From positions 44,640,001 to 44,704,000 of the forward strand of contig OX597831.1 in assembly GCA_951406725.2 (NCBI GenBank): 64,000 bases of DNA, given 5' to 3'. Made by a program: the position numbers and the translations under genes. The notes under the pieces are model-generated. The model ran no database searches. It saw only the letters and a program-made list of their open reading frames with translations, and was not told the DNA's origin. Below are positions 63,454 to 64,000 of the stretch, piece after piece (within the stretch, counting starts at the first letter, position 1; each line of letters begins with the position of its first letter). The DNA is from Octopus vulgaris (Eukaryota).

Positions 63454-63900
63454 TCTCTTATTATAAAAGGCAGATTTTATCTGCCTCCCTTTGTCAGTTA
63501 TAGAAATCTACAATATAGGATTTCTTCAATTACAATTTACCTAGCATTTTTAAGAGTAGAATGCATCGGGTTTTGCCAGGTCCAGTTTTTAAAATTTAAA
63601 CTCCAATTAAGCAAAATTTACAGAAAACTCACATTCTGGTGTGTATGTCAAATGCTTTTCTTAGTCTGGTTTACAGCACACGCAAACGCACACACACAGT
63701 GTGCAACGAATAAAGTGAAACTAGATGTAATATTTGTTTCTGTCTATCACGCTGATAGATACATGAGTAAAATGTATGGCAAGCTAAGAGATAAGAGTGA
63801 GTGAAAATGTTCTTGGAAGAGAGTAAATAGTGACAGAGTGATTTGAGGAAGACTAAACTGAAAGTATGAAACAGTGTTTATGTATAAACAGACGACACTT
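63454..63900 (+). mobile_element. Probable Helitron-type 5' end inserted into a SINE (TA)n tract
   Basis: a|tctcttattataaaagg interrupts the SINE at its TA tract; the 3' end is not seen in the window. Confidence 0.4.
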
Positions 63901-64000
63901 ATATAAACCCTTTCGTTACCAAACCGCCCGAATTTACCTATTCATATTTAAATGAGAATATCAGAGTAAATCTCTTTAGTACATTCGTGAAAACACGTAT

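Overview
Repeat-dense, AT-rich eukaryotic genomic DNA. The SINE, RTE-tail and microsatellite content strongly suggests an octopus (coleoid cephalopod); this is inferred from repeat recognition, not from a search. One protein-coding gene can be reconstructed by hand on the minus strand. It has seven GT-AG coding exons in consistent phase (22385-20960, 18897-18104, 15752-15475, 14005-13894, 11492-11372, 3346-3231, 314-279), giving 2883 nt or about 960 aa. The product has a long Ser/Asp-rich low-complexity N-terminus and a C-terminal PPPA + RING-H2 domain (CPIC...LPCHHLFHMLC...W.KSGTCPVCR), i.e. a Praja-like E3 ubiquitin ligase. A possible promoter and first non-coding exon lie near 44.5 kb. The rest is a patchwork of two tRNA-derived SINE families, RTE and CR1/L2-like LINE fragments, Tigger/pogo and mariner remnants, TTAA-targeting MITEs, non-autonomous Helitrons and Penelope-like (PLE) remnants. 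Most short ORFs in the supplied track are artefacts of these repeats. The most notable unexplained structures are: (i) a set of minimal type-I hammerhead ribozyme motifs, one intact and in the sense orientation inside the intron separating the RING exon from the rest of the gene; (ii) several long fold-back hairpins inside the pre-mRNA; (iii) a PHD-type zinc finger embedded in an RTE reverse transcriptase.
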